NCBI GenBank assembly: GCA_036918135.1
Contig: JBALDB010000011.1
Location: 96,001-160,000 of the forward strand
DNA length: 64,000 bases
Direction of reading: 5' to 3'
Origin: Nostoc sp.
GTDB taxonomy: Bacteria > Cyanobacteriota > Cyanobacteriia > Cyanobacteriales > Nostocaceae
Positions 62,001 to 64,000 of this stretch are shown piece by piece. Made by a program: the position numbers and the translations under genes. Every line of letters starts with the position of its first letter. Position 1 is the first letter of the stretch. Below the pieces are notes generated by a model. That model saw nothing but the letters and a program-made list of their open reading frames with translations. It did no database searches and was not told where the DNA came from.

Positions 62001-63353
62001 CTAACGCCCTAGCTTATTAGGAATACTTTCACAACCACCGGGAATAGTATTTCTGGTTTTTTCGCCACCCCAAGCACAACAGTAGTGACGTGCAGACTCA
62101 GACATCCGTTGGACGTTAGTGAAATCGGCTTTTTCCACCACAGCGCCAGTATGTTCGCCTGTTTGATAATTTGGTGGTTCAGTACGACTGCGGGGTGATG
62201 CTTTATCTACTACTCCGTAGAATAGACGAACTCCGTTAAAGTCAGCACCACTGAGATTGGCATCATATAAAATAGTGCGGGAAAGGTTGGCTTTGACTAA
62301 GTCACAGTGCGCCAGATTAGCGCGGACAAGATTAGCTTCGCTCAAGTCAGTCCAACGCAAATCAGTCCCGGAAAGGTCTGCTGCTGCGAGTATTACGCCT
62401 AAATCGATCACACGCACACCTTCTAATCGGTCTTCGGCGTAACCACCCAGACCATCGAGAATGGCTCTACCTAATCGACGATCGCGTTTTAGGGGTGATA
62501 GCAACTTGGAACGTGAGAGAAAGCGAAGAATTTTCGCTTTTCCACTGCTATCAACACTACTTAGAATTGCCGCAGTGCGTCCTTCAGCGATCGCTCTTTC
62601 TTGAGGCCAATCTTCTAATAATCCTTCTTCATCTAATACTAAGTCGGAAACACCTTGAAAATAAGAATCAATTGTTTGCTGCTGGGTGATAATATTTTGC
62701 TGAACGGTCAGCAGATTTTGCTGAATTGTCAAGTCTTTAGAAATAACGTATTGTCGCCAAGCTACGTAAACGGCAATGATGGCGATCAGAATTTGTCCTA
62801 AAGCGGCAAACCAATCTGCTAAAGTTCCGGCAATATCCCAGCTAATTTGGCGTCCTAAAACAAGTAGGCGATCGTGTATACCTGTAAACTCGATCAAGCC
62901 GATGATGGCTATTATTAATCCCAAAAAGCCAACAAACAATGTCCGTTCTTGCGGTGAAAACCACTCCTCAAAAACTTCTATCAACCAAGGCAATAATATT
63001 GCTAGGGATAACACCAAAGTCACCAGTGTTCCGATCAGACCAACGATCCAGTTATTGAGAATTATTCCGCTCAAAGTGGTAGCGATCGCTAGGAAGATCA
63101 GCAGCAATGCTCTGGGCTTGACTGTGAATTGCTTGGCAATGGATTGTTTGAAGTCAGAACGAGCTTGTTTGAGAGCTGTTGTATTTTGCGAAGATTGCAA
63201 AGACGAAATAGTCGATAGGGCTTGTTGTGTTGCTAGTGCTTCTGAGGTGAGATGATTTTCAGTTGTACCATCATCAAAGTCATCTGGCTGCAAGTCGTGT
63301 TCTGGGATAGGTTCTGGGGTTGGTAGATTTGAGGAATTGGATTCAATCGTCAT
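62001..63353 (-). CDS. Membrane-bound pentapeptide repeat protein
   Basis: Four TM helices, then ADLSG/TDLRW/TDLSE/ANLVR/ANLAH repeats. Confidence 0.9.
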   Translation of the reverse strand: MTIESNSSNLPTPEPIPEHDLQPDDFDDGTTENHLTSEALATQQALSTISSLQSSQNTTALKQARSDFKQSIAKQFTVKPRALLLIFLAIATTLSGIILNNWIVGLIGTLVTLVLSLAILLPWLIEVFEEWFSPQERTLFVGFLGLIIAIIGLIEFTGIHDRLLVLGRQISWDIAGTLADWFAALGQILIAIIAVYVAWRQYVISKDLTIQQNLLTVQQNIITQQQTIDSYFQGVSDLVLDEEGLLEDWPQERAIAEGRTAAILSSVDSSGKAKILRFLSRSKLLSPLKRDRRLGRAILDGLGGYAEDRLEGVRVIDLGVILAAADLSGTDLRWTDLSEANLVRANLAHCDLVKANLSRTILYDANLSGADFNGVRLFYGVVDKASPRSRTEPPNYQTGEHTGAVVEKADFTNVQRMSESARHYCCAWGGEKTRNTIPGGCESIPNKLGR

Positions 63354-63559
63354 GTCTTCTATTTTGCCCCAGTTGATTCAGTTCAACATCTGTTTTATCA
63401 GAAATTGCCTGCACTTCTAGTCAGCGGTGTCAAATTTCCATTCGATTGCAAAATTGAATTGCGATCGCTCCACCATTAACTTAGTAAATAAATTGACAAT
63501 ACTGACTTTCTTGCTCGTGCTAGCAGCTGCTATTGACTCTTAATAAATGTACACATAAC

Positions 63560-63756
63560 AAGTAGCTCGGTGTAAATATTTATGGTTGGGATGAGGCAGG
63601 AGGCAGGTGGTCACTGAGCGTAGTCGTTGGCGCAGCCTCTCGTAGAGAAGTAAGGCAGTGTTTCGACTACGCTCAACAACCAGGCAGGAGGTAAGAGAGT
63701 TTAAGCTAATTTAATTTTTCTTAACATAGTTTTGTTTTTTTACACCGTTCTACTTA
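63560..63756. mobile_element. MITE-like family A copy with nested SDR insertions
   Basis: AAGTAGCTCGGTGTAAA...TTTACACCGTTCTACTTA. Internal ggtcactgagcgtagtcg[ttggcgcagcctctcgtagag]aag and ttcgactacgctca. Confidence 0.7.
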
Positions 63757-63837
63757 TTCAATTTTAATTCGATGCCTATTAGTTTCATATTTAGAACTGC
63801 TACCAATTCATAATAGGAATTAATATCAGTTCTATAT

Positions 63838-64000
63838 TTAGGAATTTACCAGCTGTCGGAAACGTTCCTGAATTTCCTGAATCGAAAATAATGCTTCAAA
63901 GTTCAACCCAGCTGACTGGTACAACTCTCCTCCCCCTTGGTGTCGATCTATCAATGCAATTACCTGATTAACGGTATAACCTGCTGCTTGAAGACGCTCA
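63838..64000 (-). CDS. pyrE: 3' end of orotate phosphoribosyltransferase (partial)
   Basis: Reads ERLQAAGYTVNQVIALIDRHQGGGELYQSAGLNFEALFSIQEIQERFRQLVNS*. Confidence 0.8.
   Translation of the reverse strand, partial: ERLQAAGYTVNQVIALIDRHQGGGELYQSAGLNFEALFSIQEIQERFRQLVNS

Noticed and set aside
62776..63255. 159-aa antisense ORF (and similar shadow ORFs such as 22366-22905 and 44732-45196)
   Set aside because: Fully antisense to well-supported genes and without motifs.

Overview
AT-rich chromosomal segment of a filamentous cyanobacterium, most likely Nostocales. This is inferred from abundant HIP1 GCGATCGC octamers, heptameric STRR arrays, Nostoc-type small dispersed repeats (SDRs) and the gene content. 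Housekeeping and stress genes include an ARTO-type ctaCDE oxidase operon, mop/modA, an FTR1 iron permease, mnmA, nnr, a Kir potassium channel, lemA with an M48 peptidase, RsbU/STAS, dps/srxA, petF, bvdR, map and the end of pyrE. Two candidate uncharacterised systems stand out. (1) A C39-peptidase ABC exporter/HlyD locus (29.9-35.5 kb) carries two double-glycine precursors with odd repetitive cores, one polyPro/collagen-like (GPK)n and one acidic (LSLDD)n. An extensively self-complementary intergenic region lies between them, and no modifying enzymes are adjacent. (2) A four-gene module of ACAD-like flavoprotein, PIG-L deacetylase, NodS-like methyltransferase and GT2 (57.5-61.3 kb), whose first gene appears to lack a canonical start codon. 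Tiny repeats inserted into HIP1 sites add in-frame peptides to two enzymes and disrupt an MFS gene. Several MITE-like elements and pseudogenes are also present. No rRNA, tRNA or CRISPR array was recognised. All product calls come from motif recognition by eye, not database searches.
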